NCBI GenBank assembly: GCA_030591065.1
Contig: JAUVBU010000001.1
Coordinates: forward strand, 1 to 33,580
From: a bacterium
GTDB taxonomy: Bacteria > Patescibacteriota > Minisyncoccia > Minisyncoccales > JANBVM01
Length of the DNA stretch: 33,580 nt
Reading direction: 5' to 3'
A program made the translations under genes and the position numbers. The notes beneath the pieces are model-generated. The model worked only from the letters and a program-made list of their open reading frames with translations. It ran no database searches and was not told where the DNA came from. Within the stretch, counting starts at the first letter, position 1; the number at the start of each line of letters is the position of its first letter. Of this stretch, positions 19,937 through 29,274 are shown piece by piece.

Positions 19937-20095
19937 ATGTTCTGTTTTTTTAAAAACTTAAGCTTTTTAAATTTGGAATAAAAATATCAATCTGGAAAAA
20001 TAGGGTAAATAAAATATTAAAAAATAGACAGTTTCTAGCTGTTTTTTATTGAAAATTTATCTTTTTTATTATATCATAAACCTGCAAATCGGACT

Positions 20096-21817
20096 ATGTT
20101 AAATTCTCCTATCGAAGAAATAAAAGAAAAACTTGATATTATTGAAGTACTTGGAGGTTATATCAAGTTAAAAAAAGCTGGAGTGAACTACAAAGCTGTT
20201 TGTCCCTTTCATTCTGAAAAAACTCCTTCTTTTTTTGTTTCTCCTGCCAGACAAATTTGGCATTGTTTTGGTTGTGGTGCTGGTCATAGTATTTTTGATT
20301 TTGTTATGAAAATAGAGGGAGTAGAATTTGCAGATGCTTTACGTATATTAGCTCAAAAAGCTGGAGTAGAATTAAAGCCAATAAAGCCTGAACTGAAAAC
20401 AAAGCGGCAAAGATTGTACGAAGTTTCTGAGTTAGCAGCTAAATTTTTTGAAAAACAACTTGGTAATAGTCTTAATGGAAAAAAAGCAAAGAAGTATTTA
20501 TTAGAAAGAAAACTGAGTGAAAATACAATTAAAGAGTGGAGGCTTGGGTGGGCTCCTGATGCTTGGCATGGATTATCTAATTTTTTAATTTCTCAAAAAT
20601 ACAACGGAAGTGAAGTAGAGCAGGTTGGGCTTGCTGTAAAAACAAAGCAAGGAAAGTATGGTGATCGTTTCCGAGGAAGAGTGATGTTTCCTGTTTTTGA
20701 TTTTAATTCAAACGTTATTGGTTATGGAGGAAGAGTTCTTAAAAAAACTAAAGATACGGCAAAGTACCTTAACACCCCAAATACTTTTTTATATGATAAG
20801 GGAAAAACTTTGTACGGACTAGATAGGGCTAGGATAGAAATAAGGAAAAAAGATTTTTGTATCTTAGTAGAGGGATATGTGGATGTTATAATATCTCATC
20901 AGTCTGGCATTAAAAACGTGGTAGCTACTTCCGGGACAGCTTTAACCTTAAATCATTTAAATATATTAAAAAGATATTCTAATAATTTATTTTTAGCCTT
21001 TGATATGGATTTTGCGGGAGATACTGCTACCAAGAGAGGAATAGATTTGGCCCGCGCTAAAGGATTTAATTTAAAAGTTGTAAAGTTGCCGGAGGGAAAA
21101 GACCCAGATAATGTTATTTCAGAGAACCCAGAAGATTTTAAAAAAATGGTTAACAAAGCTCTTTCTATTGTAGAATTTTATTTTCAAGATGCCTTATCTA
21201 GGTTTGATAAAAAAACCCCAGAAGGCAAAAGAGAAATATCAAAACTATTATTACCTGTAATCAAAAAAGTTTCGAGCCGGATAGAGCAGTCTTCTTGGGT
21301 TCAAAGATTAGCCAAAGAACTTATGGTAAAAGAAGAATATATTGAAGAAGAATTAAAGAAAATAAAAAACAGTAAATCTTTTAAGGATGAGGCTGTTACT
21401 AAAACACAAACCTCAATACCGCAAAAAACAAGAAAAGATCTTTTAGAGGAGAGCTTAATATCTTTACTTCTTAAAAATCCTAAAAATTTTGAGTTGGTTG
21501 ATAAAGAGCTTTTGACTTGTTTTTCGTCAAAATCTCAAGAAGCTTTAAATCATCTTGCTGACAGAAAAAACATTTCTCCAGAACTAAATAGTTTTTTTGC
21601 TTATCTTGGAATAAAAGCAGATCTTGAAAAAATTGAAGAGGAAGAAATTGTTCCCGAAATAAAATTTTGCCTAAAAGGGATAGAATCTCTTGATATAAAA
21701 AACGAAATGGATCAGATTTCTCTTCAAATTAAGGGAGCAGAAGCAGAAAAAAACTTTGAAAAAGTAAAAAGTCTTACTGAGCAATTTAATGCTTTATCTA
21801 AAAAAATTAATCAATAA
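20096..21817 (+). CDS. dnaG: DNA primase
   Basis: CHC2 zinc finger (CPFHSEKTPSF...CFGCG), TOPRIM region (ILVEGYVDVI) and a C-terminal DnaB-interaction region; 573 aa. Only 9 nt separate it from rpoD, the conserved dnaG-rpoD arrangement. Confidence 0.9.
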   Translation: MLNSPIEEIKEKLDIIEVLGGYIKLKKAGVNYKAVCPFHSEKTPSFFVSPARQIWHCFGCGAGHSIFDFVMKIEGVEFADALRILAQKAGVELKPIKPELKTKRQRLYEVSELAAKFFEKQLGNSLNGKKAKKYLLERKLSENTIKEWRLGWAPDAWHGLSNFLISQKYNGSEVEQVGLAVKTKQGKYGDRFRGRVMFPVFDFNSNVIGYGGRVLKKTKDTAKYLNTPNTFLYDKGKTLYGLDRARIEIRKKDFCILVEGYVDVIISHQSGIKNVVATSGTALTLNHLNILKRYSNNLFLAFDMDFAGDTATKRGIDLARAKGFNLKVVKLPEGKDPDNVISENPEDFKKMVNKALSIVEFYFQDALSRFDKKTPEGKREISKLLLPVIKKVSSRIEQSSWVQRLAKELMVKEEYIEEELKKIKNSKSFKDEAVTKTQTSIPQKTRKDLLEESLISLLLKNPKNFELVDKELLTCFSSKSQEALNHLADRKNISPELNSFFAYLGIKADLEKIEEEEIVPEIKFCLKGIESLDIKNEMDQISLQIKGAEAEKNFEKVKSLTEQFNALSKKINQ

Positions 21818-21826
21818 CTAGTTTTT

Positions 21827-23164
21827 ATGAAAAAGAAAGAAAAAAAAGGAACGACTATATCTAAAAAAAATAAAGTTCGTTCAGTAAAGTTAACTAGTAA
21901 AAAAAAGATTGTAAAAAAATCACAACCTAAAAAACTTGGAGTTAAAAAAGTAAAAAAGGTAAAAAAGAACACTATAAAGAAAAAAGTTTCCGTAAAAAAG
22001 AAGAAAATCGTAACGAAGAAAAAGATTTCGGTAAAGAAAAAAATTGTAACGAAGAAAAAAATTACCACTAAAGCCAAAAAGAAAAAAAGAGTGGTCCGCA
22101 GGGGTAGATTTAAAAAAGTTTTCACAGAAGAAAAGGTTGAAAAAGTTATTGAAAAAGCTTCTAAAAGGGGATTTATTACTGTGTCAGAAATCTTATATAC
22201 TTTTCCTGATCCAGAAAAAGATATTAGTGGTTTAGAAGATTTCTATGAAGAATTAGACAAAAAAGGAATTGAGCTTAAAGATGTTGTAGACTTTTTAACA
22301 ACAGAAAAAAAGAAGAAAACAAAACTTCTTGGAAAAAAGATTGATCCGGTTCAAATGTATTTAAAGGAAATTGGAAGAGTTTCTTTTTTAACGGCTCAAG
22401 AAGAAAAAGAGCTTTCAAAGAAAATTGAAAAAGGGGACAAAGAAGCAAAAAAGACACTAGCTAGAGCAAACTTACGATTAGTGGTTTCTATAGCTAAAAA
22501 ATACATTGGAAGATCTCCCAACCTAACTATCCTTGATTTAATTCAAGAAGGAAATCTGGGACTATTTAGAGCGGTTGAAAAATTTGACTGGAGAAGAGGT
22601 TATAAGTTTTCTACCTATGCTACTTGGTGGATAAGACAGTCAATCAGTAGGGCTTTAGCAGATCAAGCTAGAACAATCAGAATACCGGTACACATGATAG
22701 AAACTCTTTCGAAATTTAATAAAACAAAAAGAAATCTTTTGAAGAGTTTGGGTAGGGATCCTCTCCCAGAAGAAATTGCAGCAGAAATGGGACTGCTTGT
22801 AGAAAAAGTTCATCATCTAATGAAAATTTCTCAAAGAACAGTTTCTTTAGAAACTCCTGTTGGGGGAGATGATGACGATTCTGTTTTAGCTGAGTTTATT
22901 AAGGACAAGAAGACAGCTTCTCCATCTTCTGACGCAGCCAGAGCTTTATTAAGGGAAAGATTAGGAACAATTCTAATAGATTTAACTCCCAGAGAGCAAA
23001 AGGTTCTTTCTATGAGATTTGGTTTAAAGGATGGAGTTACCCACACACTAGAAGAAGTTGGTAAGGTTTTTGGAGTAACAAGGGAAAGGATTCGTCAAAT
23101 CGAAGCTAAGGCTTTAGAGAAAATTCGTCAGCACAAATCTTTGAAAAAACTGAAGGGGTATTGA
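21827..23164 (+). CDS. rpoD: primary sigma-70 factor RpoD with a ~100-aa lysine-rich low-complexity N-terminal extension
   Basis: Regions 1.2 through 4 are recognisable ([11 protein letters not shown]; [31 protein letters not shown]; [17 protein letters not shown]). The first ~100 residues are a K-rich stretch including the tandem [12 protein letters not shown] repeat. TGA stop. Confidence 0.9.
   Translation: MKKKEKKGTTISKKNKVRSVKLTSKKKIVKKSQPKKLGVKKVKKVKKNTIKKKVSVKKKKIVTKKKISVKKKIVTKKKITTKAKKKKRVVRRGRFKKVFTEEKVEKVIEKASKRGFITVSEILYTFPDPEKDISGLEDFYEELDKKGIELKDVVDFLTTEKKKKTKLLGKKIDPVQMYLKEIGRVSFLTAQEEKELSKKIEKGDKEAKKTLARANLRLVVSIAKKYIGRSPNLTILDLIQEGNLGLFRAVEKFDWRRGYKFSTYATWWIRQSISRALADQARTIRIPVHMIETLSKFNKTKRNLLKSLGRDPLPEEIAAEMGLLVEKVHHLMKISQRTVSLETPVGGDDDDSVLAEFIKDKKTASPSSDAARALLRERLGTILIDLTPREQKVLSMRFGLKDGVTHTLEEVGKVFGVTRERIRQIEAKALEKIRQHKSLKKLKGY
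22001..22073 (+). repeat. tandem ~36-bp coding repeat (2 copies) encoding [10 protein letters not shown](S/T)(V/T) inside the rpoD 5' region
   Basis: aagaaaatcgtaacgaagaaaaagatttcggtaaag followed by aaaaaaattgtaacgaagaaaaaaattaccactaaag. The antisense F-rich ORF 21811..22125 is an artefact of this region. Confidence 0.7.
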
Positions 23165-23198
23165 AAAAAAGAAGAAAACTCCATATAATTAAAAATAT

Positions 23199-23273
23199 TC
23201 CGGCGTGGCGCAATGGTAGCGCGGGTGCCTGTTAAGCACTAGGTTGTGGGTTCGAATCCTACCGCCGGAGCCA
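23199..23273 (+). tRNA. tRNA-Asn, anticodon GTT, with genomically encoded 3' CCA
   Basis: Acceptor TCCGGCG/CGCCGGA, D-arm GCGC-AATGGTA-GCGC, anticodon stem GGTGC/GCACT with loop CTGTTAA, T-arm GTGGG-TTCGAAT-CCTAC, discriminator G, then CCA. Confidence 0.85.
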
Positions 23274-23277
23274 CTAA

Positions 23278-23301
23278 CCGTCTATCTATAGGCGGTTTTT
23301 T
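23278..23301 (+). terminator. rho-independent terminator (CCGTCTAT-CT-ATAGGCGG + TTTTTT) after tRNA-Asn
   Basis: GC-anchored hairpin followed by a T-run. A near-identical module recurs at 23902-23927. Confidence 0.6.
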
Positions 23302-23474
23302 GATAAAACGAAACAATATGGAACAAATAACAATAAAAGAGCTTACAAGGTTAATAAAATTAAAATAAACTTTATTATTACTTAATAGCTCTTGAGTATT
23401 CAGCTTGAGCCTTGGGTGATAGTGGGACTGGTTGTATTCTTGACAAAGTTAAAAAAGTGTGGTAAAGTTAAAGC

Positions 23475-23630
23475 ATGGATAAATGGGATATGGTTGCCCT
23501 TACCTATTTAATACTGGCAACATTGTTCGTTGGTATTACCCTAATAATGGGTAGTACTATGAGGGAGATAAGTCCTGTAATAATCTCACTCCCAGTTGTT
23601 GCTCTTCCTTTAATAATCAGTGACGATTAA
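23475..23630 (+). CDS. small hydrophobic ORF (51 aa, two predicted TM segments), possibly leaderless; hypothetical
   Basis: MDKWDMVALTYLILATLFVGITLIMGSTMREISPVIISLPVVALPLIISDD. It is preceded by TTGACA-N17-(TGg)TAAAGT ending about 8 nt before the ATG. Not in the ORF track because it falls below its size cutoff. Confidence 0.3.
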   Translation: MDKWDMVALTYLILATLFVGITLIMGSTMREISPVIISLPVVALPLIISDD

Positions 23631-23748
23631 TTTAAGGAAGAGGAAAAGTAGAGAATTCTAAAAAAATCTTTTTTCTTCTCTTTTTTCAAGCCTATAATTA
23701 AAAATTGTAAGCTGGAAAAAGGAAACTAAAGAAGAAAAAGATATAAAG

Positions 23749-23774
23749 CTGTCTAGATTACTAGGCAGTTTTTG
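23749..23774 (+). terminator. rho-independent terminator (CTGTCTAG-ATTA-CTAGGCAG + TTTTTG)
   Basis: 8-bp stem with one G-U pair, then a T-run; about 120 nt downstream of the small ORF. Confidence 0.5.
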
Positions 23775-23901
23775 TTTGTTTTGAGAGTCTAAACAAGTTC
23801 TAATAAAACCCTTTGATTTCCACTAATTTTTCCTTCATTTTAACTATATAGTCTCTATTTTCTAAAATTATAATAAGCTTTGGGCTGGGGAGCAAAGATT
23901 T

Positions 23902-23927
23902 CCGTCTATTAAGTTAGGCGGTTTTTT
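23902..23927 (+). terminator. second copy of the CCGTCTA...TAGGCGG-TTTTTTG terminator module
   Basis: CCGTCTA-TTAAGT-TAGGCGG-TTTTTT, followed by gtaaaa as in the first copy. Confidence 0.5.
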
Positions 23928-23963
23928 GGTAAAATTTATAAAATACATGATTAAATTAGTAAT

Positions 23964-24398
23964 ATGACTTATAAGCACACCCAGATTGGATATTTAATAA
24001 TATTTACCTTACTTACTGTAATTTTACTTTTCGGGATTATTTTGACACAAGCTGGCTTTAATTCTATTACTCTTGCCACAATGTTTTTTATTCCGTTTCT
24101 TCTTGCTTCTTTTGCGTCGCTTAAAGTAATGATTAATGAAAACTATCTACAGATTAAGTTTGGTTATGGAATATTTAGAAAACGCTTTATACTTAGAGAA
24201 ATAATTTCAGTAAAAACTGTAAAAAATCATTGGTATTACGGATGGGGAATAAGATTATTATTGTGGCCTCATTTGGTGATTTATAATGTTTCTGGTTTTG
24301 ACGCGGTTGAGATAAAAATGAAAAATGGTAAAACATATAGAATAGGCACAGATGAACCCAAGAGTTTAGAGTACGCAATTATACAAGCAATTAAATGA
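23964..24398 (+). CDS. two-TM membrane protein with a C-terminal bacterial PH-like (bPH/YdbT-like) beta domain; hypothetical
   Basis: 144 aa. Two hydrophobic helices, then a beta-rich segment IKFGYGIFRKRFILREIISVKTV...GFDAVEIKMKNGKTYRIG. Confidence 0.45.
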   Translation: MTYKHTQIGYLIIFTLLTVILLFGIILTQAGFNSITLATMFFIPFLLASFASLKVMINENYLQIKFGYGIFRKRFILREIISVKTVKNHWYYGWGIRLLLWPHLVIYNVSGFDAVEIKMKNGKTYRIGTDEPKSLEYAIIQAIK

Positions 24399-24574
24399 TA
24401 AATACCGGAAGTTTAAACTCAAATTTTATCAGGTATAGATTCTATATTATCTGTCTTTTAGAACACTAAACCTTTTATTTTTTTTATTTCTTCTTTTTTC
24501 TTATGATTAAAACCCTTGTCTTTTTAAAGGAAAAAGAATAAAGTGGTCATAGAACCTTTGAAGAGGTGAAAATA

Positions 24575-24772
24575 ATGGATAAAGCAGAAAAATTAAAAAA
24601 CTACAGAAAAGAATTAAAAAAAATAGCAGACAGAAAGTTAAAGGAAGTTATCTTTAACTATAGCGATATTGGTGGAGAAGGAGGAGTTAGTAGTCTTTCC
24701 TTAGAGTTTCCCTCGCTGTGCTTTTTAATAAGCTTGAAAAGAGAGCTTGTGACAGTTCATGTAAAAGCTTAA
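24575..24772 (+). CDS. small hypothetical protein (65 aa) with a strong SD (AAGAGGTG) 6 nt upstream; the ORF track's GTG-extended start was not used
   Basis: MDKAEKLKNYRKELKKIADRKLKEV... is a charged N-terminal helix with a hydrophobic C-terminus. It is followed by the hairpin ACACTTC-CAAG-GAGGTGT + T7 (24786-24810). Confidence 0.3.
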   Translation: MDKAEKLKNYRKELKKIADRKLKEVIFNYSDIGGEGGVSSLSLEFPSLCFLISLKRELVTVHVKA

Positions 24773-24906
24773 ATAGTTTTTTATAACACTTCCAAGGAGG
24801 TGTTTTTTTATTAAGAAGGGAAATAAAAATTGTTGCACCTATTATTTTTTTTGATTAATATAAGGTTAGAACAAGGTTTTATTAATTAAAAAAAATTATA
24901 AAAAAT

Positions 24907-25845
24907 ATGAATTCTTATAATATTAAAGTTATGAATTATAAAAATACTAACTCAGTTCAGTTTTTTATCAGAACTGTTGTTTGGGTAATATCCTTTTTAT
25001 TACTAACTATAATTAGTAAAACTCTTTTCGAGACTTTTAATAGTTTTTGGCTTTTTGGATTTCCCCTAACTGTATTGAATTTTTTTATATCGAGCGCTTT
25101 AGCTAAAATGTTTTTCATCTTACCTGAATGGGAAAACCTAGTTCTTTTACAACTAGGAAAATTCCATTCTGTAAAAGAAGCTGGGTTTTTCATTATTCCA
25201 CCATTTATTTGTTCAGTAGCAGCTATTGTTGATAAAAGAATTGAAACTCATCAAGTTGAAGCAACAAATACTCTTACTAAAGATAATGTTCCTATAAAAG
25301 TCACCGCAGCGGTTGAGTTTCGAGTAGAAGATCCTAAAAAAGCAATAATTGATGTTTTAAATTATAGAGAGTCTGTAATTTGGCTTGCTACAGAGGCGCT
25401 TAAAAATACCATTGGTAGTTTAGACTTAAGGGGGCTTCTTAGTGAAAGAGAACATATTGCAACTTCTCTAAAAGAGCAAATAGACAATGGAGCTGTTGCT
25501 TATGGAGTAGACGTTAGGGCTGTGAGAATTACTGATATTGACACCCCGCAAACACTTATTGAAGAGTTGGCAGTTATAGCTAGATCTAAAAGAGCAGCAA
25601 AAGCTAAACAAATACAAGCTGAAGCAGAAGTTTTAGTTGCTCAAAAAATCTCTGAAGCAACAGAAATTTTATCGAAACAAGAAGGATCCTTAAAATTAAG
25701 AGAGCTTCAAATGCTTAGCGATGTAAGTAAAGAAGAAAGCTCAATGATAATTATATATCCTTATGGGGAGAAAGGAGGGCAAAGTATAGCTAGCGCAGCA
25801 GCTGGTAGTAGGAAAAATGCTATAAAAAAAGAAGATAATAAATAA
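24907..25845 (+). CDS. SPFH / band-7 (stomatin/slipin-like) membrane protein
   Basis: GKFHSVKEAGFFIIPPFI...VDKRIETHQVEATNTLTKDNVPIKVTAAVEFRVEDPKKAI and a coiled-coil tail (KRAAKAKQIQAEAE). The N-terminus has at least two hydrophobic segments. No NfeD partner is adjacent. Confidence 0.75.
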   Translation: MNSYNIKVMNYKNTNSVQFFIRTVVWVISFLLLTIISKTLFETFNSFWLFGFPLTVLNFFISSALAKMFFILPEWENLVLLQLGKFHSVKEAGFFIIPPFICSVAAIVDKRIETHQVEATNTLTKDNVPIKVTAAVEFRVEDPKKAIIDVLNYRESVIWLATEALKNTIGSLDLRGLLSEREHIATSLKEQIDNGAVAYGVDVRAVRITDIDTPQTLIEELAVIARSKRAAKAKQIQAEAEVLVAQKISEATEILSKQEGSLKLRELQMLSDVSKEESSMIIIYPYGEKGGQSIASAAAGSRKNAIKKEDNK

Positions 25846-25860
25846 TCTCTTTTAAAACTT

Positions 25861-25889
25861 AAAACTGCCTAATATTTTAGGCAGTTTTT
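25861..25889. terminator. bidirectional terminator between convergent SPFH and pyk genes (AAAA-CTGCCTAA-TATT-TTAGGCAG-TTTTT)
   Basis: Perfect 8-bp stem flanked by an A-run and a T-run. Confidence 0.7.
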
Positions 25890-25919
25890 GTGTTAATTCT
25901 TTTCTCTAATAAAGAGTTA

Positions 25920-27356
25920 CTAAGGAATTTCTTGAATTCTCACAACGCTAGTTTTTCCTTTTGTTCCCCAGTCTTCAGCATAAATAATAATTACCTTTTC
26001 TCCTTTTTTAAAATTCTTCTTTTTTTTAATATAACCTAAAATTCCCTCTATATCTTTTGCGCTTCTTTTTCTATAAAGATCTTTCCCTTTTTCTTTTAGA
26101 AGGGGAGTAACTCCATAAAGAAGGCAAAGTTGATCTCTCACTTTTTTATCATCTGTTAGCCCTAGGATGGGTAGATTAGGGCGGAGCCGGGAAAGCATTT
26201 GGGTTGTCGCTCCTTTTTTAGTTATAGTTACAAAAGCTCTAACTTTTTCTTTTTGACAAAAAGAGCTCATCCAAAGATTATATGCAGAATAACAAATAGA
26301 GGCGGTTTGATGAGTTAAATCATAATTAAAATGTCTTGGGGGTTTTCTTTTTTTCTCCCAAAAACGACAGATTCTTTCTATTACCAAAACTGTTTTTAGG
26401 GGATATTTTCCAGTAGAAGTTTCTCTAGAAAGCATAACTGTATCTGTATAATCAAGAACAGCATTAGCAACATCGGAAACTTCTGCTCTAGTGGGAAAAG
26501 GATTGTCAGCCATAGATTCTAACATTTGAGTGGCGGTAATAACTGGCTTTCCAACTTCAACGCATCTTTTAATAATCTTTTTCTGATAATAAGGAACTTG
26601 TTCTAAGGGAATTTCTATACCCAAATCTCCTCTAGCTATCATTATTCCATTAGAAGCTTCCAGAATTTCCTCAAAATTAGCTAAAGCTTGAGGTGTTTCT
26701 ATTTTAGCTAAAATTTTAGTAGATAAAGAAAGCTTTTTAACTTCTTTTCTTAGGATTTGAATATCTTTTTTGCTTCGCACAAAAGATAGGGCTAAATAAT
26801 CAATTTCATGCTTAGTTGCTAAAGATAAACCCTTTACATCTTTAGCTAAAAGAGAAGAAAATGAAACTTCCAGACCAGGGACATTAATTCCTTTTCTGTT
26901 CATGATTATTCCTCCTCTGATGACTTTAGCAAAAAGACTATTTTTGGTACTTTTTAAAATTTCAAACTTAATTTTACCGTCATCTATAAATAATTCTTTT
27001 CCTTTTGTTATTGTGTGCTGAAAAAGAGATTCTGATGCGGGAATCGCGTCCCTAGAGGGAGCTGAAGTATTTTTTTTAACAAAAGTAACCTTATCTCCCT
27101 TTTTAACTTTAAGTCCTTTTTCCGGTAATTTACCAATCCTAATTTCAGGTCCTTGTAAATCTAAAAGAATAGCTATAGGAGTAGATGTTTCATTGGAAGC
27201 TTGTTCAAGGGTTTTAATACAATTACTGTGCCATTCATAGCTGCCGTGTTTTAAATTAAACCTAAAAATGTTTACTCCTGCCTTAATAAGAGAGATGAGT
27301 GTAGATTTTTTTTCTACCGCAGGTCCTACGGTAGCAATAATTTTAGTTAAAGACAT
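25920..27356 (-). CDS. pyk: pyruvate kinase
   Basis: MSLTKIIATVGPA; IMIARGDLGIEIP; KPVITATQMLESM; C-terminal regulatory domain; 478 aa. Confidence 0.9.
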   Translation of the reverse strand: MSLTKIIATVGPAVEKKSTLISLIKAGVNIFRFNLKHGSYEWHSNCIKTLEQASNETSTPIAILLDLQGPEIRIGKLPEKGLKVKKGDKVTFVKKNTSAPSRDAIPASESLFQHTITKGKELFIDDGKIKFEILKSTKNSLFAKVIRGGIIMNRKGINVPGLEVSFSSLLAKDVKGLSLATKHEIDYLALSFVRSKKDIQILRKEVKKLSLSTKILAKIETPQALANFEEILEASNGIMIARGDLGIEIPLEQVPYYQKKIIKRCVEVGKPVITATQMLESMADNPFPTRAEVSDVANAVLDYTDTVMLSRETSTGKYPLKTVLVIERICRFWEKKRKPPRHFNYDLTHQTASICYSAYNLWMSSFCQKEKVRAFVTITKKGATTQMLSRLRPNLPILGLTDDKKVRDQLCLLYGVTPLLKEKGKDLYRKRSAKDIEGILGYIKKKKNFKKGEKVIIIYAEDWGTKGKTSVVRIQEIP

Positions 27357-27552
27357 AACGATATATTAGCAAAAAATCTAACAATTGTCTCGTCTAGTCT
27401 TTCTTAACAGCTTTAAGATGTTTTTTTTGAAGACCTTTTATTTCGTTGTTTTTTAAAAACTCAACTAGGTAAAAATCGCCAAGCGAGTTATTTTCTAGTA
27501 AAATAGAACAAAGGTCAGTTCTGATTTAATTAACTAATTTATTTTTAAAATA

Positions 27553-27771
27553 ATGTTTGGAACTACACTTATAATAATAGGCTCATTTTTTCTATTAAAA
27601 AACTTAGGACTCATTAGTGGTAGTCTTTGGAATATTGTTTGGCCCTCCTTGATAATTATTCTTGGTTTAAAGTCTGTTTTTAGAAAAAAGTATAACTATT
27701 TTGATAAATTTCACAGATTTAAAGAAGAAGCACATAAATTTAATGAAGGGATGCGTAAAGAGGAAAAATAA
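27553..27771 (+). CDS. DUF5668-like (LiaF/LiaI-type TM region) mini membrane protein
   Basis: MFGTTLIIIGSFFLLKNLGLIS...WNIVWPSLIIILGL has the two-helix pattern of this family, followed by a charged tail. Confidence 0.45.
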   Translation: MFGTTLIIIGSFFLLKNLGLISGSLWNIVWPSLIIILGLKSVFRKKYNYFDKFHRFKEEAHKFNEGMRKEEK

Positions 27772-28120
27772 CTTTATTAAAGAATAAAACCATCTCCAAT
27801 AAGTGCTGGTCCTAAAGTTTTTACTGCAAGACTTGGTTTTTTATTCTGTTTTTTAATTTCTTTCTTTTATGTATTCAATTTTCCTTTAATAGCAAACTAT
27901 CTTTCTTTTTTAATGATAGTTCTTGCTTTTCTTGAATTATTTTTTGATTTTTGTCTTGGATGTAAGGTTTATGCTTTTTTACGCAAGTTCAATCATTAGT
28001 TAAATTGTAGTCTGTTTTTTTTAAGTAAAATTTTCAGCTATGTTTCTAATAAATTAATTTTTTGATAAAATAAAGAATAAAAAGTTTTAAATATGGGTTA
28101 ATAATTAAAAGGCAAAAATT

Positions 28121-28645
28121 ATGAAAAAAAGAATTAAAGTTTTAGTGGCTATATTAGTGACGCTTACAGTGTCGTCTTTTGCGTTAGCTCAAGGCAATCA
28201 ACAAGGTCAAGGAGAGCCACAACAAATCAACGCTGATAATAAAGGAATAGAGTTAGCATCTCAGAGTTTAAAGAGAGTGATTAGTCGTAATAATAACCCT
28301 GGGGTTGGTGAACAAATTAGAGCTATGGTTGAAAGTCACGAAGAAATACAAATAAGAACCAAAACAGCTTTGAATCAAATGAGCCAAAGAAGTAGTATGG
28401 TTAAATTTTTTATTGGACCTGATTATAAAAATGCTGGACAAGTAAGAAGTGATGTTATTGGTTTAAGAAACGACATTAAAAAATTAGAACAAATTAAGAA
28501 GGGATACTCTCCAGATGATACCGGAGATATCCAGGGAGCTATTGAAGAACTACAAGTTGAAGCTAACGAACTGGAAAATCAGCTTACGAAAGAATTGTCA
28601 GGTTTTAGTCTTTTTGGTTGGCTATCTAAGCTCTTAGCTAATTAA
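28121..28645 (+). CDS. secreted/periplasmic hypothetical protein (signal peptide [25 protein letters not shown]; helical, Q/N-rich)
   Basis: Typical Sec signal peptide. No recognisable catalytic motif. Ends 44 nt before rubrerythrin. Confidence 0.45.
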   Translation: MKKRIKVLVAILVTLTVSSFALAQGNQQGQGEPQQINADNKGIELASQSLKRVISRNNNPGVGEQIRAMVESHEEIQIRTKTALNQMSQRSSMVKFFIGPDYKNAGQVRSDVIGLRNDIKKLEQIKKGYSPDDTGDIQGAIEELQVEANELENQLTKELSGFSLFGWLSKLLAN

Positions 28646-28689
28646 GGAGACAAGAAAACAAAAAGTTATATAAATTAAAATTAAAAAAG

Positions 28690-29274
28690 ATGAATGATAC
28701 TATTAAAAATTTAACCAAGGCTTTTATTGGCGAAAGTCAGGCTAGAAATAGGTATAGTTTTTATGCTAAAATAGCCAAAAAAGAAGGCTTTGAACAAATT
28801 GCCGAAATTTTTCTCATTACTGCCGAAAACGAAAAAGAGCACGCTAAAAGGTTGTTTGAACACATCAATCAGTTAAAAGAAAAGAGCGAGGATAATTTAG
28901 ATGAGATTGAAGTTACAGCTGTGGCTCCAACAATATTTAGTAATACGGTTGATAATCTTAGGTCTGCTATTTCTGGTGAGAATTATGAGCACACTCAAAT
29001 GTATCCAGAATTTGCTGACGTAGCAGAAAGTGAAGGTTTCCCCGAAATTGCCAAAAGATTAAGGGCTATTGCTATAGCTGAAAAACATCACGAAGAAAGA
29101 TTTCAAAAACTTTTAAAAGAAGTAGAAGCTGGTACAGTATTTAAAAAAGAAAAAGAAGTTTCATGGGTTTGTCGGGAGTGCGGTTATGTTCATTTTGGGA
29201 CAGAGGCACCAGAAAAGTGTCCATCTTGTGATCACCCCAGAAGCTTTTATCAAATTAAAGCTGAGGAATACTAA
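28690..29274 (+). CDS. rbr: rubrerythrin (ferritin-like diiron domain plus C-terminal rubredoxin-like CxxC...CxxC)
   Basis: [35 protein letters not shown], then [10 protein letters not shown]...KCPSCDHP. Confidence 0.9.
   Translation: MNDTIKNLTKAFIGESQARNRYSFYAKIAKKEGFEQIAEIFLITAENEKEHAKRLFEHINQLKEKSEDNLDEIEVTAVAPTIFSNTVDNLRSAISGENYEHTQMYPEFADVAESEGFPEIAKRLRAIAIAEKHHEERFQKLLKEVEAGTVFKKEKEVSWVCRECGYVHFGTEAPEKCPSCDHPRSFYQIKAEEY

Noticed and set aside
21957-22080. Tandem direct repeats that could be mistaken for a mini CRISPR or satellite array
   Set aside because: Only two units, with no spacer architecture. They are in-frame coding sequence of the RpoD N-terminal tail.
21811-22125. 104-aa minus-strand ORF made almost entirely of Phe, Ile and Thr
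   Set aside because: It is the antisense of the lysine-codon-rich (AAA/AAG) 5' region of rpoD. Reverse-complemented poly-A gives poly-Phe. Low-complexity artefact.
24786-24830. AAGGAGGTG motif downstream of the 65-aa ORF as a ribosome-binding site for a further gene
   Set aside because: No in-frame start codon with a meaningful ORF follows. The motif forms the 3' arm of a hairpin followed by a T-run, so it is better explained as a terminator.
28646-28689. Possible PerR/Fur-type box (ttatataaattaaaa) upstream of rubrerythrin
   Set aside because: The match to the TTATAATnATTATAA consensus is poor, and AT-rich background makes chance matches likely.
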